The translations under genes were made by a program, and so were the position numbers. Below are positions 14,330 to 22,704 of a stretch of 32,000 bases of DNA, piece after piece. The notes below the pieces were generated by a model. The model saw nothing but the letters and a program-made list of their open reading frames with translations. It searched no databases and was not told the DNA's origin. The stretch comes from Formosa sp. Hel1_33_131 (lineage in GTDB: Bacteria > Bacteroidota > Bacteroidia > Flavobacteriales > Flavobacteriaceae): contig NZ_CP017260.1 in the NCBI RefSeq assembly GCF_001735745.1, forward strand, positions 2,070,001 through 2,102,000, read 5' to 3'. Each line of letters starts with the position of its first letter. Positions within the stretch are counted from its first letter, which is position 1.

Positions 14330-14343
14330 TGTGTTATAAAATT

Positions 14344-14375
14344 AAAAAGAGAGTCCCAGTGGAACTCTCTTTTTC
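14344..14375. terminator. bidirectional hairpin terminator downstream of ssb
   Basis: aaaaagagagtcc cagt ggaactctcttttt has an A-run and a T-run on either side. Confidence 0.6.
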
Positions 14376-14394
14376 TTATCAGAAGTAAACTTTC

Positions 14395-14733
14395 TTACTG
14401 TTTGTTTCCCAACATTAGAACTTCATTCACCACCACTTCTGTGATGTAACGTTTTTCGCCTTCTTTGGTTTCATAGCTTCTGGAAGTTAATTTGCCTTCA
14501 ACCGCAATTTCTTTGCCTTTGGTGACGTAGTTTTCAATGATTTCAGCAGTTTTGTTCCATGCAACGAGATTATGCCAATCTGTTTTGGTTTGTTTTTGTC
14601 CATCGGCATCTTTGTAATACTCGTTTGTTGCTAATGAAAATTTTGCTAATTTTTTTCCACTGTCTAAAGTGATAATTTCTGGGTCATTTCCCAAGTTTCC
14701 AATTAACTGTACTTTGTTTCTGAGTGTGTTCAT
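14395..14733 (-). CDS. ssb: single-stranded DNA-binding protein (short form, no acidic C-terminal tip)
   Basis: RNKVQLIGNLGNDPE...KFSLATNE...TDWHNLVAWNKTAEI..NYVTKGKEIAVEGKL..RSY is an OB-fold SSB. It ends in ...LMLGNKQ rather than D-D-D-I-P-F. Confidence 0.9.
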   Translation of the reverse strand: MNTLRNKVQLIGNLGNDPEIITLDSGKKLAKFSLATNEYYKDADGQKQTKTDWHNLVAWNKTAEIIENYVTKGKEIAVEGKLTSRSYETKEGEKRYITEVVVNEVLMLGNKQ

Positions 14734-14835
14734 GATAAAATAATTTTAAGGTTATAACAGTTTTACTATCGAACGATTCGACACTGCAAAGATGTGATGC
14801 TATCCAAATGTTAGTCGGTAATTACCTATTTAATT

Positions 14836-14867
14836 TCGTTTGTAATTACTTGTAGTCGTTTGTAATT
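14836..14867 (+). promoter_or_regulatory. two direct repeats tcgtttgtaatt with 20-bp phasing (variant of the CCGTTTGTTAC site)
   Basis: The repeats are at 14836-14847 and 14856-14867, upstream of the 91-bp repeat block. Confidence 0.4.
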
Positions 14868-14914
14868 GAATAAATTTTTAGTATATTTCGGGTCTGTAAC
14901 CAGAAATCAATTGA

Positions 14915-15187
14915 CATGAACCATCCATCACTAAAACTTGATACTCAATAAAAATGCTTAAAATGGATGCACCATGTGACCTTTGAAAAACAATAAATAG
15001 ATATACATGAACCATCCATTACTAAAATTTGATATTCAATAAAAATGCTTAAAATGGATGCACCATGTGACCTTTGAAAAACAATAAATAGATATACATG
15101 AACCATCCATCACTAAAACTTGATACTCAATAAAAATGCTTAAAATGGATGCACCATGTGACCTTTAAAAAACAATAAATAGATATA
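14915..15187 (+). repeat. 3 x 91-bp perfect-register tandem repeat abutting the start codon of the zinc-ribbon gene
   Basis: Units start at 14915, 15006 and 15097. Each begins catgaa, like the real start at 15188. The middle unit differs from both outer units by three C-to-T changes. Confidence 0.95.
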
Positions 15188-15188
15188 C

Positions 15189-15536
15189 ATGAAAAAGCAA
15201 TGCCCAGAGTGTAACGATCCAATTATTGGACGAACGGACAAGAAATTTTGTAGTGATGGCTGTCGCAATAGCTATAACAACCGTGTGAATAAAGACCAGA
15301 AAAACCTGATCCGAAATATCAACAACCGATTGCGAAAAAATTGGCGTATTCTGGAAGCTCTGAATCCGCATCAAAAAACAAAATCGACACGGGATAAACT
15401 TATTTCAGCAGGGTTTGACTTTAATTATTTCACCAGTATTTATACAACAAAGTCAGGGACGGTTTACTATTTTGTGTACGACCAAGGTTATTTGCCCTTA
15501 GAAAACCATTATTATGCGTTGGTGAAACGAGAATAG
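15189..15536 (+). CDS. zinc-ribbon protein of unknown function
   Basis: CPECN...17 aa...FCSDGCRNSYNN is a four-Cys motif at the N-terminus. The basic middle region suggests nucleic-acid binding. Confidence 0.7.
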   Translation: MKKQCPECNDPIIGRTDKKFCSDGCRNSYNNRVNKDQKNLIRNINNRLRKNWRILEALNPHQKTKSTRDKLISAGFDFNYFTSIYTTKSGTVYYFVYDQGYLPLENHYYALVKRE

Positions 15537-15560
15537 TGTAGTTCAAAACGATTCATTATT

Positions 15561-15650
15561 CCGTTTACCCCCCCAAAACCCCCGTTTGTTACGTCATTTG
15601 ACCGTTGGTTACATGAGCGTTGCGAGGAGTTTAAAGGCTGTATATATTTG
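15561..15650 (+). promoter_or_regulatory. triple direct-repeat upstream site (copy B1) plus consensus -7 box
   Basis: ccgtttac at 15561, ccgtttgttac at 15582, ccgttggttac at 15602. tatatttg ends 38 nt after TTAC. Confidence 0.6.
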
Positions 15651-15656
15651 ACGTAT

Positions 15657-15728
15657 GTAATTTAATATCTTACTTAAAAGTTAAATTGGTTAATTTTGAA
15701 AAAACATCACATTCGTGATGTTTTTTTT
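15657..15728 (+). ncRNA. candidate small RNA B1 (about 72 nt)
   Basis: Variable 5' part, invariant aaaagttaaattggttaatttt, then a terminator aacatcac attc gtgatgtt + T8. Confidence 0.55.
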
Positions 15729-15748
15729 GTTTTAAAACGAACACACGT

Positions 15749-15839
15749 TCCGTTTATACATTAAATACGTCCGTTTATTACATGAATTGTCCGTTCGTTA
15801 CATAGTGATTGTAAGAACTGTAAAGGGTATGTATATTTG
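15749..15839 (+). promoter_or_regulatory. triple direct-repeat upstream site (copy B2) plus consensus -7 box
   Basis: ccgtttatac at 15749, ccgtttattac at 15771, ccgttcgttac at 15791. tatatttg ends 38 nt after TTAC. Confidence 0.6.
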
Positions 15840-15845
15840 AAGTGT

Positions 15846-15918
15846 ATAATATCTTTATATTATTAAAAGTTAAATTGGTTAATTTTGAAAAACACCACAT
15901 TCGTGGTGTTTTTTTTTT
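15846..15918 (+). ncRNA. candidate small RNA B2
   Basis: Same invariant core. The terminator acaccac attc gtggtgt shows a compensatory T-A to C-G change relative to B1. Confidence 0.55.
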
Positions 15919-15938
15919 CTTAAAAGCGAACACGCATT

Positions 15939-16028
15939 CCGTTTATACATTAAATACGCCCGTTTATTACGTTAAACGTCCGTTCGGTACATGACGGTTG
16001 TAAGAACTGTAAAGGTTATATATATTTG
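15939..16028 (+). promoter_or_regulatory. triple direct-repeat upstream site (copy B3) plus consensus -7 box
   Basis: ccgtttatac at 15939, ccgtttattac at 15960, ccgttcggtac at 15980. tatatttg ends 38 nt after the repeat. Confidence 0.6.
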
Positions 16029-16034
16029 GTGAAC

Positions 16035-16108
16035 GTAATATCTACTTATTACTAAAAAGTTAAATTGGTTAATTTTGGAAAAACACCACCCTCGTGGTGT
16101 TTTTTTTT
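16035..16108 (+). ncRNA. candidate small RNA B3
   Basis: Same invariant core. Terminator acaccac cctc gtggtgt + T9. Confidence 0.55.
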
Positions 16109-16178
16109 GCTTAAAAGCGAATGAAAAATCAACTTACTTTCAAAAAATCGATTACTTTTGAATCAAAATTTTATAAAA

Positions 16179-16880
16179 ATGAAACAATTAAAATACACAA
16201 TCTTACTAGCCCTTTGTTTTTCAATGCAAATTCAGGCACAAAACCAGACGACCTTAGTAGCTCATTACAAGGCCTTTTATGCTCAGATGCAACAACAAGG
16301 CGATATCCAAGGTGTGATTAATGCGATGACTCACCTCGTTTTATTAGAACCCAACGTAAAACGTAAAGATACGTTAGCAGCGCTTTATATGAACGAAGGG
16401 AAGTATGTACAAGCTTTAAATCTAATTGGAGTTGAACTGTTAGAATCAGACACCAATTTAGCAACTGAAGTGAAAGCCGTTAGTTTGAAATCTCTCAACG
16501 AGCCCAAACGTGCCATTGAACACTATGAAGTTCTTTACAAGCAAAAACGAACTGTTTCTCTTGCTTATGAATTAGCGGATTTGAAAATCCAAACGGATGA
16601 TCTTACAGGGGCATCTTTAAACATAACCTACGGAATAGCCAATGCTACAACCGATATGATGAAGCCTTACTATGAAACACAAACGCCGTATCAAGTACCA
16701 GTTTTGGCAGGGTTTATGTATTTAAAAGCGATCGCTAAATTTAGAGAGAATCCAGAAACAAATCACGATGCTTCTATTTTAATCTTAAATGAAGCCTTAC
16801 AATTAGCGCCTAATTTTAATATGGCAAACTTAGCTATTGATGCGATACGCGCACAAAAAGAAGCTCCAAAAACAGAGTAA
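16179..16880 (+). CDS. secreted helical-repeat (TPR-like) hypothetical protein
   Basis: The ATG at 16179 gives MKQLKYTILLALCFSMQIQAQ, a signal peptide. The ORF-track start at 16158 is a TTG. Confidence 0.65.
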   Translation: MKQLKYTILLALCFSMQIQAQNQTTLVAHYKAFYAQMQQQGDIQGVINAMTHLVLLEPNVKRKDTLAALYMNEGKYVQALNLIGVELLESDTNLATEVKAVSLKSLNEPKRAIEHYEVLYKQKRTVSLAYELADLKIQTDDLTGASLNITYGIANATTDMMKPYYETQTPYQVPVLAGFMYLKAIAKFRENPETNHDASILILNEALQLAPNFNMANLAIDAIRAQKEAPKTE

Positions 16881-16901
16881 GTTTTTTTAAAAAATAAGCA
16901 T

Positions 16902-17048
16902 AAAAAAAGAGGCTGTCTGAAAAGTAAATAAACCTGTCATTCTGAATTTATTTCAGAATCTCAGAGTATTGGAAATCAATTTGTTTTGTCAATCTGAAAC
17001 AAGTTCAGATTGACAAAACAAAGTCTTTTCAGACAGCCTGTTTTTTTT
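16902..17048. terminator. bidirectional terminator: a 15-bp outer stem enclosing a two-hairpin repeat element
   Basis: The outer stem aggctgtctgaaaag / cttttcagacagcct is flanked by A7 and T8. Inside are attctgaa..ttcagaat and the 18-bp stem ttgttttgtcaatctgaa / ttcagattgacaaaacaa. Confidence 0.8.
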
Positions 17049-17061
17049 GTGGTATTAAAAA

Positions 17062-19119
17062 TTACCAAATCCGAACGCGTTGTTCTTCGGGTAGGTACAT
17101 TTTATCACCTTCTTTGATATCGAAAGCCTCATAAAAAGCATCAATATTTTTTAGCGGCTGCGTTGCGCGCTGAATCCCTGGCGAATGGGGATCGGTTTTT
17201 ATTTGTCGTCTTAAAGCATCTTCACGCGTCAAGGTTCTCCAAACGGTTGCCCAAGACATAAAGAAGCGTTGTTCTGCTGTAAATCCATCAATGTCTTCTG
17301 GTCGTCCATTGGCATCAAAAAAGAGTTGAAGTCCGTCATAGGCACCAAGTACGCCTCCTAAATCTCCAATGTTTTCACCCAAAGTAAATTTCCCATTGAT
17401 ATACACACTGTCCATTACTTGAATGGCACTGTACTGTTCTGCCAAGGCATTGCCACGTTTTTCAAATTCGGTTAAATCTTTGTCTGTCCACCAGTTGTTC
17501 ACGTTTCCATCGCCATCAAATCGCGCACCAGAATCATCAAACGCATGTGAAATTTCATGTCCAATTACGGCTCCAATACCACCATAATTAACGGCTTCAT
17601 CAGCGGTATAATTATAGAATGGAGGCTGTAAAATAGCTGCTGGAAATACAATTTCATTGTTTAAAGGATTGAAATAGGCATTCACTGTTTGTGGAGGCAT
17701 GCCCCATTCCGATTTGTCAACGGGCTGCCCAATTTCAGAAATATTTTTATTCACACTCCATTGAGAAACAGCCATCATATTTTCGGCGTAGCTATTGCCT
17801 TCTTTGATTTGCAATTCAGAATAATCTTCCCACTCGTCTGGGTAGGCGATTTTAACGGTGAATTTATCGAGTTTTTCAACGGCTTTGGCTTTGGTTTCAT
17901 CACTCATCCAATCCAATACTTGTATTCTATTTTGAAATGCCTTGATGACATTCGCAATCATTTTTTCAGCTTTTGCTTTGGCTTCTGGTGGGAATTTAGC
18001 TTCCACATACAGTTTTCCAATGGCTTCTCCTACAGATCCGTTAACGGTTCCGAGGGCACGTTCTTCTGCGGCGCGTTGTGCTTTGGATCCACTCAATGTT
18101 TTGCTGTAAAATTCCCAATTGGCAGTTTCAATCTCTGGACTTAAATAGCCCGCTGCATTGTCTAGAGTGCTCCAAATCATTAAGGTTTTAACGTCTTCAA
18201 TAGGCGTGGTGCTAAGGAAGGTGTTTAAAGCTTTCATATAGGTTGGTTGCATCACTAAAACAGTGTCTAAAGCTTGCGTAACTCCCATGTCCTTAATGAA
18301 CTTGTTCCAATCGATTTCTGGAGTGATGGTACTCAACTCTTCTATAGAACGTGGATTGTTAAAGTTACGAATGTCACGCCTTTGTACCTTGTCCAAACGA
18401 GGTTCTGCCAGTTGTGTTTCTAAAGCAAGTACGCGTTCTGCTGCTGCTTGAGCAGTGGCTTCATCATAATTTATAAATTGAAACATACGGGCAACATGAT
18501 CTAAATATTGGCCTCTAATTTCTTTTGTTTTTGAATCTTGATCTAAATAGTAGTCGCGTTGCAGTCCTAAGCCTCCAGGAAATACCCAAGCGGTATTCAT
18601 ACTGCTATCGTTCAGGTCTGCTTCAGCACCAATGCCTGCAAAAGGGGCTGAAACCCCGATTGTTTTTGCATAGACGGTTTGCATGTCTGCGATGTTTTGA
18701 ATGCTGTTAATCGCCTCTAAAAGGGGAACAATAGGAGTGATGCCCGTTGTTGTTCTGGCGACAGAATCCAGTTCTGATTCAAACATTAACAAGGCTTTCT
18801 TCTGATCGGAGCCTTCTTCATAAGTACCGAGTTCTTTAGAGGTTTTTATAATATCAAGCACATCTTTACGTGTTGATTTCCGAAGCACTCCAAAACCACC
18901 CCATCGCGATTCGTCATCCGGAATGGTATTGGTTTTCATCCAATTTCCATTGACATAGTCATAAAAGTTGTCTTTTGGATTCACAGAGGTGTCCATGTTT
19001 TCCAAGATGATTCCAGGAATTTTTTCAGCTTCTGAGAACTGATTTTTCGGTTCGTTCTTGCAGGCATGGAAGCTCAAGAGGCCAAATGCACAGAGTACGG
19101 TTAGGTGTTTTAAGTTCAT
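17062..19119 (-). CDS. M13-family zinc metallopeptidase (neprilysin/PepO-like) lipoprotein
   Basis: HEISHAFD (HExxH) and ENIGDLGG motifs, with a C-terminal ...RVRIW. The start is chosen at MNLKHLTVLCAFGLLSFHAC, a lipoprotein signal. Confidence 0.9.
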   Translation of the reverse strand: MNLKHLTVLCAFGLLSFHACKNEPKNQFSEAEKIPGIILENMDTSVNPKDNFYDYVNGNWMKTNTIPDDESRWGGFGVLRKSTRKDVLDIIKTSKELGTYEEGSDQKKALLMFESELDSVARTTTGITPIVPLLEAINSIQNIADMQTVYAKTIGVSAPFAGIGAEADLNDSSMNTAWVFPGGLGLQRDYYLDQDSKTKEIRGQYLDHVARMFQFINYDEATAQAAAERVLALETQLAEPRLDKVQRRDIRNFNNPRSIEELSTITPEIDWNKFIKDMGVTQALDTVLVMQPTYMKALNTFLSTTPIEDVKTLMIWSTLDNAAGYLSPEIETANWEFYSKTLSGSKAQRAAEERALGTVNGSVGEAIGKLYVEAKFPPEAKAKAEKMIANVIKAFQNRIQVLDWMSDETKAKAVEKLDKFTVKIAYPDEWEDYSELQIKEGNSYAENMMAVSQWSVNKNISEIGQPVDKSEWGMPPQTVNAYFNPLNNEIVFPAAILQPPFYNYTADEAVNYGGIGAVIGHEISHAFDDSGARFDGDGNVNNWWTDKDLTEFEKRGNALAEQYSAIQVMDSVYINGKFTLGENIGDLGGVLGAYDGLQLFFDANGRPEDIDGFTAEQRFFMSWATVWRTLTREDALRRQIKTDPHSPGIQRATQPLKNIDAFYEAFDIKEGDKMYLPEEQRVRIW

Positions 19120-19243
19120 GTGTTTACTTTTTAAGTGATCGTTATACATAGTAGTCTCCCAAATAACTAAAAATGTTACAGTTAAACAAAACAATTAACA
19201 TAAGTTTAATTTTACAAAATGCTGTATAGTATATTTTTTAGGA

Positions 19244-22200
19244 CTAATTTAAGATGAGCTTTCGAGTGGTTTGTTGGTTGTTTGCTTCAATTTGTAAAAA
19301 ATAGATCCCACTGGAGTAGGCTTCCATTTGCAATGGAAATGGCGCTCCAGAATTAATTTGTTTTTTAGTGTACACGACTTTTCCAGTGATGTCCGTGACA
19401 CGAAGATCAAAAGGAGTGCTGTTATTTAATTTAACATAAAACACATCTTTGGATGGATTTGGATATACTGAAATTTGGTCGATTTGAAAATTATCAGCAT
19501 CCAATGTAGTGCCATACACAAACAAGTCATCGATAACAACGCCTTCATTATTCACCATTTGGTCTGAATGAAATACCATTCTAAAAATCATATTAGATTC
19601 TGAGCTAAAAGCTGCTAGGTCGTAAGAGTATGGTGTGAGAGTGCTATCGGTTCCAGTCCATTGTTCGCCAACACAGTTAGCACAATTAGCTAAACTGCTA
19701 TTGTACCAGTTAAAATCTTCTGCGGTTCCTAGTACATTCCAATCAACTCCTTGGTTTGTTGAATACTGAACATAGGCGACGTCGTAGTCTGATTCTAAAT
19801 CGAACGCCATTTGAAAATTCAATTCTGGATTCGCAATGGTAGTCAAGTCGTAACAATTAGACACAAGGTAGCCTTTTGAGTTGTCTGCATAATTGCCACT
19901 CAAGTTAGTGGCATAGACATTTGTTCCGGATGCCGTTTCATTAAGTAGAGTTCCGGTAGGAGTTCCACGTTGCCAAACATCTCCAGACTCATTAATAACA
20001 ATAAGTTCGTCACTGGTATTTTCAAACATATTTACTGTTCCAGTTTCGCTAGTTTCATTCACATAAAACGTAATTTCAGCACTGTTGTTGTTGGTGAAAG
20101 AATCATTGTTAATGGTAGTTGTCGCAGATAGCGTATGGATTCCTGCGGCTAAAGTCATGTCACCTAAGTCCAAAATAGCGGTCGCTTGGGAGGCGATGGC
20201 TCCAAACCATGAGAGTGGTATCTCATTTCCACCGTCAAGAGTATAGGTAATGTCAACAGTGTTTATGCTATTTTGTCCATTATTTAGTACCCTTAATTGT
20301 GGAGCGACTGCTCCGCAATTGAGTTGCATACTTATTGGGTTCTCAATAGCAATTAAAAAAATATCGTTAGCTGCTAAAGCTTCGGTCTGCAAATCACTTC
20401 GCCAAATGCCACGTCCGTGAGTTGCCGCAGTAATATTATAGTCTGGGATGTTGATACTTAAATCTCTGACATCAGTATTTGGAAGGTTTGTTTCAAAAAG
20501 ACCCCAATCGTTTGTAGTGTCGTCGTATCTGTAAACGCCTAAGCTTGTCCCAAGGTATAGCGCATTAGTTGGGGAGAAAGGCTGGTGTTTGATAATGTTT
20601 TTTGTAACATTAGGAAGCGTTCCTGTGATGTCTGTAAAATTACTCCCTTGATCCGTAGATCTATAAACCTTTCCATCACCTCCGCTTGTGGTGATGTAAA
20701 GGATGGTATTGTCATTGTTATTAACTTCAATGGACGTGATATTACTTGTAAAATCTTGAATCAGTGAAAATGTAACACCATGATTTACACTTTTATGAAG
20801 TTCATGATGTACGCTACTATTCACATCGTCATAATAAGAAAAACTTACATACATAATATCTGAGTTGATAGGGTCGAGTTCTAAAACCTCAATATTAGCT
20901 TCAAAAGTATCTGAGATTTTGGTCCAACCGGCTGAACCAAAGTTGTAAACGCTGCCATAGCCGGCATACAATTCACTGTCTTTGTTTATTGAAAGTGGAG
21001 TAATCCAGTTTCCTACTTCATTAGTGGGAGCTCCATAACCATTCGTACTTCCATTTTGACCTGAATTAGTGTTTATGTTTAGACTACCACCGCGCTGCGT
21101 AAAACCATAATAGATGTTATCGTTGTTAGGATCAACCACTCCTTCCATCCCATCTCCTCCATGGTAATTACTCCATTGTTGATCCCGTCCAAAACCTCCA
21201 TTGTCCTGAAGTCCTCCTGCCATTTTATTTGAATCTTGTTTGGATACAGAAATTCTATAAAACTGACTAATTCCCAATCCTGGAGACAAATCCGTAAATG
21301 TGCTACCTGCATCTGTCGATTCAAAAATACCTCCATCGGAGCCTACAAATATGCTACCATTAAAAGCGCGGATGAAATGAATGTCAGCGTGGGTGTATGA
21401 TTCGGTTCGGCTGTACCACTGATTAAGTTGTGAAAATGAATCCCCTCCATCACTCGATTTCCAGACATTTAAACAGCCCACATAAATTTCATTTTCATTG
21501 GTGTTAGAAACAGCAATGGCTAAATCATACCAGGATTGATCTCCTTCAAAGATATTAACAGTGTTCTCCATTTGTGTAAAAGTTGTACCACTGTCAGATG
21601 ATTTGTAAATTCCTTGGTAGGTGCTATCTGAATTTGATGCCACCATATAAACAAGGTTGCCATTCGCTGGCGTGATATCAATAAAAAGACGTCCTGAAGT
21701 CGTTGGCAGTCCCTCTGTAATTTGTGTAAACGTTTCCCCTGCATCTGTGGATTTGTAAAATTCATCATTCGTAGTTGCATAAATGATATTTGAATTATTA
21801 GGTTTTACTTTGAGGTCTCTAAAACTACCAGATTGTTTGTTTGTCCAGTCATCACCACCATTTACAGATTTAAAAATCCCATTACTGGTTGCAACCCAAA
21901 GCATGTTGGTATTGTCTGGGTTTATATAGATTTCAGAGGTTCTGTATGGCGTGTTCGTAGGATTCATTCCTGTTTGCTGCCAATTGGCACCTGCATCTGT
22001 TGATTTCCAAATTCCTACACTTGTAGAACTGTTATAGTCATCATCGCCAGTGGCGATGTAAAGAATGTCTGTATTGCTTGGATCGATAGCGATTCCAGAA
22101 ACCCCAATTTGAGGTAAGAAGTCCGTCAAAGGAATGTACGTAGCCCCCGCATCTGTGGATTTCCAAATCCCACCTGCAGGCGATCCAACATAAATAACAT

Positions 22201-22639
22201 CTGAATTGTCTGGATCCACAATGATGGTATTGACACGACCAAGGTTTGCACTGTTAGTCGATCGATTTAAAAAATCAGTGGGCCCCATAGATTCCCAATC
22301 ACTTTCATCGGTTCTTACAGCCGTTGAACGTCGTTGTGATTTCTGAGAATTTTTAGCTTCCCATACGTCCCACAATTCTTGAGAGGTTGGTAAAAACCCA
22401 CCGGCATTCACATAATTTTGCCAAAAGGACTCCCAACGTTTGAAGGGTTTGTATCCACTTCCTTTAACGTCTGTGTCACGGGTTTCCCAATAGGTGTTTC
22501 CGGCATCGACAATTTCTTTGAATGTTAAAGGATTGGCTTTGGTGTTTTTCAGGCCTTTCATCCAAGGCGTTCCAGAATCGACTTGCGCATTGGAAAAAAG
22601 ACAGTAAAAGGTACAGAGTACAATAAGAAGAGTTCTCAT
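19244..22639 (-). CDS. large BNR/Asp-box (sortilin-like) repeat surface protein with a T9SS C-terminal sorting domain
   Basis: At least 8 S-x-D-x-G-x-T-F/W/Y Asp-boxes (KSTDAGATY, KSTDAGANW, KSTDAGETF and others). The C-terminus ISVYPNPSKDVFYV...GIYFLQIE...KLILN is a type A Por/T9SS tail. Confidence 0.85.
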   Translation of the reverse strand: MRTLLIVLCTFYCLFSNAQVDSGTPWMKGLKNTKANPLTFKEIVDAGNTYWETRDTDVKGSGYKPFKRWESFWQNYVNAGGFLPTSQELWDVWEAKNSQKSQRRSTAVRTDESDWESMGPTDFLNRSTNSANLGRVNTIIVDPDNSDVIYVGSPAGGIWKSTDAGATYIPLTDFLPQIGVSGIAIDPSNTDILYIATGDDDYNSSTSVGIWKSTDAGANWQQTGMNPTNTPYRTSEIYINPDNTNMLWVATSNGIFKSVNGGDDWTNKQSGSFRDLKVKPNNSNIIYATTNDEFYKSTDAGETFTQITEGLPTTSGRLFIDITPANGNLVYMVASNSDSTYQGIYKSSDSGTTFTQMENTVNIFEGDQSWYDLAIAVSNTNENEIYVGCLNVWKSSDGGDSFSQLNQWYSRTESYTHADIHFIRAFNGSIFVGSDGGIFESTDAGSTFTDLSPGLGISQFYRISVSKQDSNKMAGGLQDNGGFGRDQQWSNYHGGDGMEGVVDPNNDNIYYGFTQRGGSLNINTNSGQNGSTNGYGAPTNEVGNWITPLSINKDSELYAGYGSVYNFGSAGWTKISDTFEANIEVLELDPINSDIMYVSFSYYDDVNSSVHHELHKSVNHGVTFSLIQDFTSNITSIEVNNNDNTILYITTSGGDGKVYRSTDQGSNFTDITGTLPNVTKNIIKHQPFSPTNALYLGTSLGVYRYDDTTNDWGLFETNLPNTDVRDLSINIPDYNITAATHGRGIWRSDLQTEALAANDIFLIAIENPISMQLNCGAVAPQLRVLNNGQNSINTVDITYTLDGGNEIPLSWFGAIASQATAILDLGDMTLAAGIHTLSATTTINNDSFTNNNSAEITFYVNETSETGTVNMFENTSDELIVINESGDVWQRGTPTGTLLNETASGTNVYATNLSGNYADNSKGYLVSNCYDLTTIANPELNFQMAFDLESDYDVAYVQYSTNQGVDWNVLGTAEDFNWYNSSLANCANCVGEQWTGTDSTLTPYSYDLAAFSSESNMIFRMVFHSDQMVNNEGVVIDDLFVYGTTLDADNFQIDQISVYPNPSKDVFYVKLNNSTPFDLRVTDITGKVVYTKKQINSGAPFPLQMEAYSSGIYFLQIEANNQQTTRKLILN

Positions 22640-22704
22640 AATAGTTAAATTGGTTGGTTAATATAGTTTGTCTTCTTTTTAAGAATACGGTTTAGTGTAA
22701 AAAA

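Larger units (their letters stand above)
15541..16120 (+). repeat. 3 tandem 189-bp units, each with upstream site + promoter + sRNA-like unit + terminator
   Basis: The third CCGTT repeats are at 15602, 15791 and 15980 (period 189). A truncated fourth unit start (cttaaaagcgaa) lies at 16111. Confidence 0.9.

Noticed and set aside
12831-14449. ORFs 12831-13031 (+) and 14192-14449 (+), which share PLVTLASKSDNSFLIVMICCFVTL
   Set aside because: The shared peptide is the antisense translation of the 90-bp direct repeat. The sense-strand reading (MTIKKELSDLEAKV...) is the more plausible gene, and the + frames have no start context.
12760-16120. Calling the whole segment an intact prophage or ICE
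   Set aside because: There is no integrase, relaxase, capsid or transfer gene. Only accessory-type genes are present (rhuM, a short ssb, a zinc-ribbon protein). It is best described as a remnant.
16121-16321. ORF 16121-16321 (+), which overlaps the start of the TPR-like gene
   Set aside because: It starts inside the truncated fourth 189-bp unit and is out of frame with the signal-peptide-bearing gene that begins at 16179.
19120-19194. A longer start for the M13 peptidase (ORF-track start at 19194), and similar upstream starts at 27150, 23697, 16158 and 2933
   Set aside because: In each case the internal ATG yields a canonical signal peptide, a lipobox or the conserved N-terminus (MNLIIDIGNT for CoaX). 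The extensions overlap the upstream gene or promoter DNA, or begin at TTG.
17689-21780. Shadow ORFs within the M13 peptidase and BNR protein genes (17689-18144, 18263-18451, 18525-18710, 20539-20767, 21079-21336, 21520-21780)
   Set aside because: They are embedded in long genes with clear family motifs and have no independent support.
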